Below are positions 1 to 8,209 of a stretch of 48,303 nucleotides of DNA, one piece after another. The first letter of the stretch is position 1, and every line of letters starts with the position of its first letter. The position numbers and the translations under genes are program-made. The notes under the pieces were generated by a model. It worked only from the letters and a program-made list of their open reading frames with translations. It was not told the DNA's origin and searched no databases. The DNA is from a candidate division WOR-3 bacterium (GTDB lineage Bacteria; Hydrothermota; Tepidihabitantia; Tepidihabitantales; Tepidihabitantaceae), in contig CBFGIT010000020.1 of assembly GCA_965648905.1 (NCBI GenBank), positions 1-48,303 of the forward strand. The letters are read 5' to 3'.

Positions 1-951
1 GTCTCCGGTAAGCACAACTAGAGAACCTCGGTAGCAGGCGCAGTACACGTAGTCTGAGTTGGGAGCCCATATCAGGGAGTTGGGGGGGCTCCCGACGTTC
101 AGCACGCTCACAACCGAATCGTTGTCGGTGTCCACTGCGAGCACGACTGACTGGGTCCCGTAGACGCCGACCATCACCAGCCGCGACGACGGCACGTCCA
201 CCATGGAGTACAGCGCGCTTCCGTGCGGGAACGGTATATACCGGACCACGCTGTCCGTCGTGCCATCAACAACCACGATGTCCGTGCGGCCAGTGCAGTA
301 TAGCTTGTCTGCGCCCGGGGAGTAGCATGCCGCGTCGGAGATGCCGCCGGTACGTATCGTGCGCGTCACGCTGCTTGTGGTTATATCGATAACAGAGATA
401 GAGCCGTCGTCGTAGTTCGCGACATACAGCTTGCGACCAGGGACGTTCAAGTAGGCTCGAATCGGGCAGTCGCCCACTGCAACGCGGGCGATGACCGAGT
501 CAGTCCGGCAATCGACGACAAAGACCTGGTTGAGCGTCTGGCTGGTCACGAAGACCCGGTTCGAGACTGGGTCCCAGACCGGCGTGGTCGCGCCCGGCAT
601 CTCGATTCCACGAAGATATGTGTGCGTATTCCCGTCGATCACAGCCAGGGAATCCTCGAGGTCCCCGCAGTGCGCGACGTAGCATTTGTTGTCGGTGGAA
701 TCGTAGCACATCTGGCGCGGCCAAGACAGAGTCCAACGCGCGACTGTCTTGTTACTGTCGGCAGATATCGCGAAGAATACGTCGTCCTCGGACCGGCCGT
801 ACACGACGTTGGCAACCGAGTTGAAGCACATGCTGCCGACCCACGCGCGTCCGACATCTACGCTGTCCTCCACATACGGTTGGCCATAGCTCACTCCGCC
901 GGCCAGCAGGAAGCAGGCCAGGAGCATCAATCGGAATCCAGGGGCGTTCAC
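1..951 (-). CDS. Secreted YVTN/YncE-type beta-propeller protein (partial, runs off the window's left edge)
   Basis: Absent from the ORF track because no stop lies inside the window. Manual translation from GTG at 951 gives a signal peptide (MNAPGFRLMLLACFLLAGGVSYG) followed by repeats such as NKCYVAHCGDLEDSLAVID, NRVFVTSQTLNQVFVVD and RKLYVANYDDGSISVID. Confidence 0.85.
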   Translation of the reverse strand, partial: MNAPGFRLMLLACFLLAGGVSYGQPYVEDSVDVGRAWVGSMCFNSVANVVYGRSEDDVFFAISADSNKTVARWTLSWPRQMCYDSTDNKCYVAHCGDLEDSLAVIDGNTHTYLRGIEMPGATTPVWDPVSNRVFVTSQTLNQVFVVDCRTDSVIARVAVGDCPIRAYLNVPGRKLYVANYDDGSISVIDITTSSVTRTIRTGGISDAACYSPGADKLYCTGRTDIVVVDGTTDSVVRYIPFPHGSALYSMVDVPSSRLVMVGVYGTQSVVLAVDTDNDSVVSVLNVGSPPNSLIWAPNSDYVYCACYRGSLVVLTGD

Positions 952-970
952 GGTTATCTCTACACGAGAT

Positions 971-998
971 AGTCTACCGTCCAGCAGCGCCATATCAA
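971..998 (-). promoter_or_regulatory. sigma70-like promoter TTGATA-N16-TAGACT
   Basis: Read on the minus strand, 19 nt upstream of the GTG at 951. Confidence 0.55.
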
Positions 999-1220
999 CC
1001 TCGCGCGTTGCCTCGCTTCCTGCTCCACCGCTGCATCACCAGCTTTCCGAGAATCCCGCGGGCACAATTCCTAACTATATGTTGTCAATATGTCGCAGGG
1101 CGACCAAAGCCGGGTTGCAGGCAGACAGCGGTGGTTGAGGCCGTGCGGCGGTCTTGCTGCCGGCTGCCAGAGAACCGGCAGGACGCCCGAAGGCGCCCCG
1201 CAATCTGGCCGACCGACGCG

Positions 1221-2858
1221 TCAGGCCACGTCGGCGAATGGAAACGGAGTCCTAAGTTCGGGCCGGCGGTACTCGGGCAGAAGCATCGGCGACCGGCGCC
1301 CTTTCGGCACACCTGCCGACTTGAGTTCGGCTTCAAACGCGGCGACGTGCTTGAACCCGCTGCCGTCGACTTCAGTGCCCTTCGCTGCCTCGGCCGCAGC
1401 CGCTCCCGCGCGCCGGCCGAACACGAGGATATCGAGCAGCGAGTTCCCCATCAGTCGGTTCCGGCCGTGGATTCCGCCCGCGACTTCGCCGGCCGCGTAG
1501 AGGTTCTTCACCCCGGTCTCGCCGTTATCCTTAATGAGGATGCCGCCGTTCTGATAATGCTGAGTCGGGTAGGTGAGAATCGGCTCTTTGTCCATGTAGA
1601 TGCCGAACCGCTCGTACTGGTGGTACATCGCGGGCAGGTTCTTCTTCACCGCGCCCGGACCCTTGAGGACCTCGATGAGCGGCGTGTCAAGCCAGACCCC
1701 GAGCCGACCGGTCGGCGTAACGACACCGAGGTTGCGGCCTTTGCATTCGCGGATAATGGCCGAGGCGGTGACGTCGCGGCTCTCGAGCTCATAGATGAAC
1801 CGATTCCCCTCGGCGTTGACGAGGTGCGCACCGACGCCGCGGACCTTCTCGGTAATCAGCAGGCCGAGAATCTGCTCAGGATACACTGCACCGGTCGGGT
1901 GGTACTGAATCGTGTCGATGAACGCAAGACGAGCGCCCGCGCGGTAGGCAAGCACCAGACCGTCTGCCGTTGCGCCGTAGTGATTGGTACACGGGAAGCC
2001 CTGAATGTGGAGACGACCGCAGCCGCCGGTGGCGATAATCGTCGTCCTGGCCCGGACCGTGAAGTGCTCCTGGGTCTCGAGGTTGACGAATGCCGCACCG
2101 GTGCATGCGCCCTGCTCGTCAGTCAGCAACTCGACTGCGGCGCAGTACTCGACCAGCTCCAGGTTCTGATTGCGGAACTCGTCGCGCAGGGTGCGCATGA
2201 TTTCCGCGCCGGTGTAGTCGCGGGCTGCGTGCATCCGTTTGCGTGAGGTGCCGCCGCCGTGAATCGTAATCATCGTGCCGTCGGCCTCTTTGTCGAACAT
2301 CGTACCCAGTTCCTCAAGCCACTCGATGACGCCGGGCGCGTCCGACACCAGCGCGCGCGCCAGCGCCGGGATGTTCTTGAAGTGACCGCCGCCCAGGACG
2401 TCAAGGTAGTGCCGCTCGGGCGAGTCGTTGGGCTTGTCCGCGGCCTGGATACCACCCTGCGCCATCATCGTGTTGGCATCGCCGATGCGCAACTTGGTCA
2501 CGGTCAGCACTCGGGCGCCGCGCGCCGCCGCGGTCAGGGCCGCGGAAACGCCCGCTCCACCCGCACCGATGACGAGCACGTCGGCGTCGAACTTCGGATG
2601 TTCGGCGTCGAACTTCTTTGGGTCGACAAGGGGCCAGGCCTCAAGCACGTCGGCCAGCTCCATTGGAGTCCGGTCGCCCTTGTTCGGGCCGACCAAGAGC
2701 GCACGCATCGACGAATCGATGTAGTCGGGGTGAAACCCCTTGAGCAGTTCCTTCTTCTGGTCGGCGCCAAGCAGGGGAATCTTCGCCTGCTTGATGCGCG
2801 CCTCGCGCGTCGCGTCGAGTCGCCTGATGGAATCTTGCATGCTTTGCGGGTACATCAT
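1221..2858 (-). CDS. Fumarate reductase/succinate dehydrogenase-family flavoprotein (probably non-covalent FAD)
   Basis: FAD-binding GAGGAG, plus AQGG, QYHPTG, LITEKVRG, ELESRD, HYQNGG and HGRNRLMGNSL dicarboxylate-site motifs. Lies next to FeS subunit and fumarase genes. Confidence 0.85.
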   Translation of the reverse strand: MMYPQSMQDSIRRLDATREARIKQAKIPLLGADQKKELLKGFHPDYIDSSMRALLVGPNKGDRTPMELADVLEAWPLVDPKKFDAEHPKFDADVLVIGAGGAGVSAALTAAARGARVLTVTKLRIGDANTMMAQGGIQAADKPNDSPERHYLDVLGGGHFKNIPALARALVSDAPGVIEWLEELGTMFDKEADGTMITIHGGGTSRKRMHAARDYTGAEIMRTLRDEFRNQNLELVEYCAAVELLTDEQGACTGAAFVNLETQEHFTVRARTTIIATGGCGRLHIQGFPCTNHYGATADGLVLAYRAGARLAFIDTIQYHPTGAVYPEQILGLLITEKVRGVGAHLVNAEGNRFIYELESRDVTASAIIRECKGRNLGVVTPTGRLGVWLDTPLIEVLKGPGAVKKNLPAMYHQYERFGIYMDKEPILTYPTQHYQNGGILIKDNGETGVKNLYAAGEVAGGIHGRNRLMGNSLLDILVFGRRAGAAAAEAAKGTEVDGSGFKHVAAFEAELKSAGVPKGRRSPMLLPEYRRPELRTPFPFADVA

Positions 2859-2864
2859 TCCTCC

Positions 2865-3656
2865 TCAGGGCTCAACGTCACGTACTTTGGGGTCATAGAA
2901 AAGAGCCGACAGCTCCGTCTCGGTCATCTGGCACAGTCGGTCGAGGCCGGGTTCGAACTTGCCCGCCTTGATTTCCTTCATCCGCTCAGCCAGGTGCGGT
3001 GACTTCGCCTGCACCTTGGCACCATACAGCCGCCGGGCCAGCAGCCCGACGTTATAGTGGACGATTTCTGCCGGGCAGCGGCTGGCGCACAGCCCGCACA
3101 TGATGCAGTCGAACGACATGTCCGCGACCTTCTCAATGTCGCCACGGATCGCGGCGTTGATGTAGCCCATCACGTCGATGTCCTGCGGGCAGATCTTAGT
3201 GCACGAGTTGCAGGCAATGCAGCGCATGACTTCCGGGTAGAAACGCACCAGCACCTGGGTGTCGGCCGGTTCCCGGGCGATATCATACTGCTTCTTGTTC
3301 GCCGGGTAGAAGGGAATCTGGGTCAGGTACATGCCGTCTTCGACCACGGTCTGGCACGCGAGTCCGACCTTCAACTTGTAGGAGTCCTTTGTACGGTATA
3401 CCGTACCGCACGCACCGCAGAACCCGCCCCGACACCCGCAGCCGCGGATGAAGCGGAACCCGGCATACTCCATTGCCTTCATGATGGTCAGCTCTTTGGG
3501 CACCTGGTACGGCTCGCCCATCACGAAGATGGTAATCAGGTCGGCGGGGACGCTGTTCGCCTGGTGTCTTTCGCCCTTTGCCGCCGGCTTCTCAGTCGCG
3601 ACTTCTGCCTTCTGCTTCCTGCCTTCTGCCTTCTGACCTCGTCCCTTGCCTGCCAT
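2865..3656 (-). CDS. Iron-sulfur subunit (FrdB/SdhB-like; [2Fe-2S] + 2x[4Fe-4S])
   Basis: CRGGFCGAC...LAC, CIACNSCTKICP and CIMCGLCASRCP motifs. The N-terminal ~20 aa derive from a 7-nt repeat. Confidence 0.85.
   Translation of the reverse strand: MAGKGRGQKAEGRKQKAEVATEKPAAKGERHQANSVPADLITIFVMGEPYQVPKELTIMKAMEYAGFRFIRGCGCRGGFCGACGTVYRTKDSYKLKVGLACQTVVEDGMYLTQIPFYPANKKQYDIAREPADTQVLVRFYPEVMRCIACNSCTKICPQDIDVMGYINAAIRGDIEKVADMSFDCIMCGLCASRCPAEIVHYNVGLLARRLYGAKVQAKSPHLAERMKEIKAGKFEPGLDRLCQMTETELSALFYDPKVRDVEP
3602..3650. repeat. Degenerate 7-nt tandem repeat (CTTCTGC)n, in frame in the FeS subunit N-terminus
   Basis: cttctgc cttctgc ttcctgc cttctgc cttctga cctcgtc ccttgcc. Confidence 0.8.
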
Positions 3657-3659
3657 GTT

Positions 3660-4211
3660 TCACTCTTTCCGGTACTTCGCCACGCCCTGCTCGTACAGGT
3701 CGCCGCCGTACACGTCGTTGATGACGATTGCCGGGAACTCTTCGACCATCAACTCACGCACGGCCTCAGGCCCCAGGTCTTCGTAGGCGATAACCTTGGC
3801 CTGCTTGATGGTCTTGGCGATGAGTGCGGCCGCGCCGCCGACCGCGGCGAAGTAGACCGCGCCGTACTGCTTGATGGCGTCGAGCACCGGCCTGGTCCGG
3901 TTGCCCTTGCCGATCATGCCGCGCAGGCCATGTTCCATCAGCAGCGGCGAGTACGCGTCCATGCGGTAAGACGTGGTCGGGCCGGCTGAGCCGATAACCT
4001 GACCGGGCTTGGCTGGCGACGGTCCGACGTAGTAGATAACCGCGCCGGCCAGGTCAAAGGGCAGCTTCTCGCCCGCCTGGATGGCGTCGACGAGCTTCTT
4101 GTGGGCGAGGTCACGGCCGGTGTAGATGGTGCCCGAGATGAGCACCGAGTCGCCCGCGCGCAGGTCCTTCACGGTTGCTTCAGTCAAGGGAGCAGTAATT
4201 CGCTTTGCCAT
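3660..4211 (-). CDS. Class I (Fe-S) fumarate hydratase, beta subunit
   Basis: SGTIYTGRDLAHKK, GPTTSYRMD, GMIGKG and GGAAAL motifs of the Fe-S hydro-lyase C-terminal family. Confidence 0.92.
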   Translation of the reverse strand: MAKRITAPLTEATVKDLRAGDSVLISGTIYTGRDLAHKKLVDAIQAGEKLPFDLAGAVIYYVGPSPAKPGQVIGSAGPTTSYRMDAYSPLLMEHGLRGMIGKGNRTRPVLDAIKQYGAVYFAAVGGAAALIAKTIKQAKVIAYEDLGPEAVRELMVEEFPAIVINDVYGGDLYEQGVAKYRKE

Positions 4212-4220
4212 GGTGTGCTC

Positions 4221-5162
4221 CTACAGGGTTGCGGACTTGTGCCGCGCCGCGTGGCAGTTGATGTTCACCGCACACGGCATCGTCGCAATGTGGCACGGAA
4301 ACGCCTCGATGAACACGGCCAGAGCGGTGACGCGCCCTCCAAGGCCCTGTGGCCCGATACCGAGTTTGTTGATGCGGCCTAAGATATCCTCCTCCATCAC
4401 CGCGTAGTACGGGTCCGGATGAACCGAGCCAATCTCCCGGAGCAGCGCCCTCTTGGCAAGCATCGCGCACTTCTCGAACGTGCCGCCGATACCGACGCCG
4501 ACAATTACCGGCGGACACGGGTTCGCCTTGGAGCGTGCGACCCGGTCGACCACGAACTTCTTGATGCCCTCGGCACCGTCCGACGCCGAAAGCATTCTCA
4601 CTTCGCTCATGTTCTCGCTGCCGCCACCCTTGGGCTGGACTACTATCTTCAGCTTGCTGCCGGGCACGATGTCGGTATAGATGATGGCGGGCGTATTGTC
4701 CTTGGTGTTCACGCGCCGCAGCGGGTCGTTGACAATCGACTTGCGCAGGTAGCCTTCGGTGTAACCCTTGGCTACACCCTGCTGAACTGCGTCGTAGAGC
4801 TCGCCGCCCTTGATGCGCAGGTTCGAACCAACCTCAAGCCACACCACGGCCCAGCCCGTGTCCTGGCAAATCGGCATCATCTTCTCGCGGGCAATCTGCT
4901 CGTTCTCAAGCAACTGGTCAAGGATGACCCTGCCGGTCTCCGATTCCTCGACCTTGATGGCGTTCTTGAACGCCTGCACCACGTCGTCACCGAGCAGACA
5001 GTTGGCATCGATGCAGAGCTTCGCGACCGTATCTCGCACCCGCTCGAACTGAATCTCGCGCAGCTTGGGACTTCCGGTCTTGGCTCTCGGCTCTCGGGTC
5101 TTGGGTTTCGGGTTCCTGGCCTGTGCCTTCTGCCCTCTGCCCTTTGGCTTGACTCTCTTCAC
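4221..5162 (-). CDS. Class I (Fe-S) fumarate hydratase, alpha subunit
   Basis: PICQDTG, YLRKSIV, DNTPA, KGGGSEN, NPCPP and CHAARH motifs. GTG start with a GAGGAGG RBS. Confidence 0.92.
   Translation of the reverse strand: MKRVKPKGRGQKAQARNPKPKTREPRAKTGSPKLREIQFERVRDTVAKLCIDANCLLGDDVVQAFKNAIKVEESETGRVILDQLLENEQIAREKMMPICQDTGWAVVWLEVGSNLRIKGGELYDAVQQGVAKGYTEGYLRKSIVNDPLRRVNTKDNTPAIIYTDIVPGSKLKIVVQPKGGGSENMSEVRMLSASDGAEGIKKFVVDRVARSKANPCPPVIVGVGIGGTFEKCAMLAKRALLREIGSVHPDPYYAVMEEDILGRINKLGIGPQGLGGRVTALAVFIEAFPCHIATMPCAVNINCHAARHKSATL
5074..5150. repeat. Degenerate 7-nt tandem repeat (11 units), in frame in the fumarase alpha N-terminus
   Basis: ccggtct tggctct cggctct cgggtct tgggttt cgggttc ctggcct gtgcctt ctgccct ctgccct ttggctt. 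Confidence 0.75.
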
Positions 5163-5174
5163 GCATCCTCCTCG

Positions 5175-5828
5175 CTAGAGCGCGTGTTCTAATACCCAGA
5201 TTTGCGGGGATTCGGGCAGGCTCGCAAGCGTGACCTCAACCTCCGAGGCGCCTACGAGCCTCACATTACCCTGTCCCTTTGTGAATTGGTCCACACCCGC
5301 AATGGGCATGTTCGTCTTCTCGGTCGCGTAGTGCATCGGGATAATGACCCGGGCGCGGAGCAGTGCCGCGGTTCGGTGTGCCTGGTCCGGACCGACCGTG
5401 AAGTGACCGCCTACCGGCAGGAGCACCACATGTACCGTGTCGATGGCCTTGGCCTGTTCATCCGGCACATGACCGAGGTCACCAAGATGCGCGAGCCGCA
5501 ATCCCTGGTCTTCGAACACAAAGACAATGTTGCCCCCGCGCTCCCGGCCCCGGCTCTCATCGTGGAAGGTCTCGAAACCTGTGACCCTCACCGCGCCGGC
5601 GCTGCCGCCGCGTGCATTATTGATTACCCGGGACGAGCCGGGCAGGTCATGGGTGTAGCTATGGTCGAGATGGTCGTGGCTGATCGTCACGAAATCGGCC
5701 CGCTCCCTGATAGGCTCGTAGTTCACGGCGCCGTTGAAGCAGCCCGGCTTGTACGGGTCGGTAATGATGCGCGTCCCATCCGAAGCAGTCAGGAGAAACG
5801 CGGCGTGGCCAAGGTATTTTATGCGCAT
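5175..5828 (-). CDS. Metallo-beta-lactamase-fold hydrolase (UPF0173/Lactamase_B_3-like)
   Basis: LGHAAF, ISHDHLDH, HLGDLGH and IPMHY motifs. Start moved to the ATG at 5828 (MRIKYLG). Confidence 0.88.
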   Translation of the reverse strand: MRIKYLGHAAFLLTASDGTRIITDPYKPGCFNGAVNYEPIRERADFVTISHDHLDHSYTHDLPGSSRVINNARGGSAGAVRVTGFETFHDESRGRERGGNIVFVFEDQGLRLAHLGDLGHVPDEQAKAIDTVHVVLLPVGGHFTVGPDQAHRTAALLRARVIIPMHYATEKTNMPIAGVDQFTKGQGNVRLVGASEVEVTLASLPESPQIWVLEHAL

Positions 5829-5906
5829 TTTAGCGCTGCGAAGCTCCAATTGCCAAGTCCCAACTGGCTGGCCATCGCGATCCGGACATTGATGTCTTTG
5901 CGCGTC

Positions 5907-6164
5907 CTACGCAGATGGTACGACCGACACTCGACGCTTGTCCTTGCTCACCCGCTCGAATTTCACCTTGCCTTCAGCGAGAGCGAAGAGTGTATCATCC
6001 TTGGCCCGGCCGACGTTCATTCCGGGCAGGATGCGCGTGCCGCGCTGACGGATGAGCACGCTGCCGACCGTGACGGTCTCTGAGCCATAGGCCTTAACGC
6101 CCAGCCGTTGTCCCGGGCTATTGCGGCCGTTCTTACCTGATCCGCCGCTCTTCTTATGCGCCAT
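5907..6164 (-). CDS. rpmA: 50S ribosomal protein L27
   Basis: [42 protein letters not shown]. Confidence 0.98.
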   Translation of the reverse strand: MAHKKSGGSGKNGRNSPGQRLGVKAYGSETVTVGSVLIRQRGTRILPGMNVGRAKDDTLFALAEGKVKFERVSKDKRRVSVVPSA

Positions 6165-6206
6165 ACAACAATCTCCTTAGGTTGCGGATTCTAGATGAGG
6201 AAAAGA

Positions 6207-6234
6207 ATTATAGCCCGTCGTACCGCTGAGTCAA
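6207..6234 (-). promoter_or_regulatory. sigma70 promoter TTGACT-N16-TATAAT (rpmA operon)
   Basis: Near-consensus hexamers in the pilD-rpmA gap. Confidence 0.8.
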
Positions 6235-6267
6235 ACGCCGGGCACTCGTGCCGGGCGTGGCGTCATG

Positions 6268-7068
6268 CTACCTGGCCAACCCGACGAAACCGACGTACCA
6301 GGCAGAGACCACCTGGCCCCAGAACAACCCCAGTAGCCCCCCGAGCGCAAGAAACGGTCCGAACGGCATCGGCTGACCCGCCTTGCTGCGGCCGAGAAGG
6401 CGCGCGGCCAGCCCGACCAGCACGCCGAGCGCGACGGCAGAGAACAGGGCGACAGCAAGAGCCTGCATTCCAATGAACGCACCGATCATCGCCGCGTAAG
6501 GCAGGTCTCCACCGCCCATTCCTTCTTTGCGGTCGACGCCCAGTCGACGAAACAGACCGGCAAGCACGTAGCGCCACATGAACCACGCGATGCCGATGAA
6601 GACCGCTCCGGTCGCGGCCGCGGCCAGCGAATCGCGCAGCACCGGCGGCGGAGCCACGACCGAACCGGCAAGACCGAGCCCAAGTCCGGAAACGCTGAGT
6701 CGAAAGGGGATGACCTGAAGGTCAAGGTCTATCAGAGCAGTCACGATCAGCAGGCAGATGAACACCAGATTCTTGACGGTCTGGACGGTCCAGCCGAACC
6801 GCGCCAGCGCCGCAACGAAGAGCAGTGCGGCTAGAACCTCAACCAGCGGGTAGCGGATCGATATGGGCTTTCGACAGTAATGACAGCGTCCGCCCAGCAG
6901 CAGGAAACTCAGGACCGGGATGTTGTCGACTGGACGAATCGGCTTCCGGCAGCGCGGGCAGTGTGATGGTGGCGAGACGATCGACTGGCCCCTCGGTATG
7001 CGCCAGATACAGACGTTCAGGAAGCTGCCGACTGCGAGACCGAGCAGGACGAGCAGTACCCAGGTCAC
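6268..7068 (-). CDS. pilD: Type IV prepilin peptidase/N-methyltransferase
   Basis: GSFLNV, CPRC and CHYC zinc motifs, LIDLD, GMGGGD and PFGPFL. Confidence 0.95.
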   Translation of the reverse strand: MTWVLLVLLGLAVGSFLNVCIWRIPRGQSIVSPPSHCPRCRKPIRPVDNIPVLSFLLLGGRCHYCRKPISIRYPLVEVLAALLFVAALARFGWTVQTVKNLVFICLLIVTALIDLDLQVIPFRLSVSGLGLGLAGSVVAPPPVLRDSLAAAATGAVFIGIAWFMWRYVLAGLFRRLGVDRKEGMGGGDLPYAAMIGAFIGMQALAVALFSAVALGVLVGLAARLLGRSKAGQPMPFGPFLALGGLLGLFWGQVVSAWYVGFVGLAR

Positions 7069-8189
7069 GGCCCGGGCAGCTTCGCCTCAAGCTCTTCGGG
7101 TGAGACGAAAAGCTTCTTGTCGCTGGCCGCAGCGTGGGCAGCCTCTTGAGTAATCAGACCCTTACGCAGCAGCATCGCCAGACACTGGTCCAACGTCTGC
7201 ATGCCGAACTGCGAGCCGGTCTGAACCAGCGATTGAACCTGATGTGACTTGCTCTCGCGGATCAGGTTCTTCGCCGCAGGCGTGGCAATCAGTACTTCCA
7301 TCGCCGCGATCCTTCCCCGGCCGTCCTTCCTCGGCAGAAGAGTCTGAGAGATGATTCCGCGGATGACATTGGCGAATATCTGGCGCACGTAGTCATGCTG
7401 GTCGGCCGGGAATACATCGATCACCCGGTCAACAGTCTGTGCGACGCTGTTGGTGTGCAGGGTCGAAAGCACCAGATGCCCGGTTTCGGCCGCAGTCAGG
7501 GCGAGCCTGATGGTTTCAAGGTCCCGCATCTCGCCGACCAGAATGACGTTCGGGTCCTCGCGCAGACAGGCCCGCAATGCGGTCGCGAATGACCGGGAGT
7601 GCGTGCCGATTTCGCGCTGGCTGATGAGGCAGTTCTGGCCGCGGAAGATGTACTCAATCGGGTCTTCGATCGTGATAATCCGGGCCGTGCGTTCCTGGTC
7701 AATCCGGTCAATCATGCTTGCCAGCGTCGTCGACTTCCCGCACCCGGTCGGGCCGGTCACGAGCACGAGTCCGGACGGACACCGCGTCAGCTCGGCCAGG
7801 GACTCCGGGGCCGGCAGTTCTTCGAGCGACCGGATCTTGGCCGGGATGATGCGGAACGCACCGCCGACTCCGGCAAGGTCAAGAAACGCGTTCACCCGTG
7901 CCCGTATCCGCTCCGGTGTAACGTACTCAACCGACAGCGCCGCTTCGCCCGCCGGCGTCGTACCCCAGGTATAGGACAGGTCGAGCTCGCGCTTCCGCTC
8001 GAGCGCGGCGCGCTGCTCGTCGGTCAGTATCGAATAGACCAGCGCCTGCGCATCTTCCGGCGCAAGCGCTGGCCCGGGGATTCTCTTGAGCTGCCCATTC
8101 ACCCGGATGATGGGCGGGTTCCCGACCGTTATGTGAAGGTCAGAAGCACCGTACTTCGCGGCATAGCGCAGCAGTTCGTCGATATTCAT
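7065..8189 (-). CDS. pilT: Type IV pilus retraction ATPase
   Basis: ASDLH, GPTGCGKST, TIEDPIE, LREDPNVILVGEMRD, ETGHLVLSTLHTN and AAKNLIRE (AIRNLIRE-like). Confidence 0.93.
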   Translation of the reverse strand: MNIDELLRYAAKYGASDLHITVGNPPIIRVNGQLKRIPGPALAPEDAQALVYSILTDEQRAALERKRELDLSYTWGTTPAGEAALSVEYVTPERIRARVNAFLDLAGVGGAFRIIPAKIRSLEELPAPESLAELTRCPSGLVLVTGPTGCGKSTTLASMIDRIDQERTARIITIEDPIEYIFRGQNCLISQREIGTHSRSFATALRACLREDPNVILVGEMRDLETIRLALTAAETGHLVLSTLHTNSVAQTVDRVIDVFPADQHDYVRQIFANVIRGIISQTLLPRKDGRGRIAAMEVLIATPAAKNLIRESKSHQVQSLVQTGSQFGMQTLDQCLAMLLRKGLITQEAAHAAASDKKLFVSPEELEAKLPGP

Positions 8190-8209
8190 GCCCGACCACG
8201 GGCCGACTC

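Noticed and set aside
1221..2858. L-aspartate oxidase (nadB) call
   Set aside because: It also lacks the covalent His, but the context is a dedicated FeS subunit plus fumarase, with no nadA or nadC.
3660..5162. L-tartrate dehydratase (ttdAB) call
   Set aside because: KGGGSEN and the fumarate-reductase context favour fumarase; not fully excluded.
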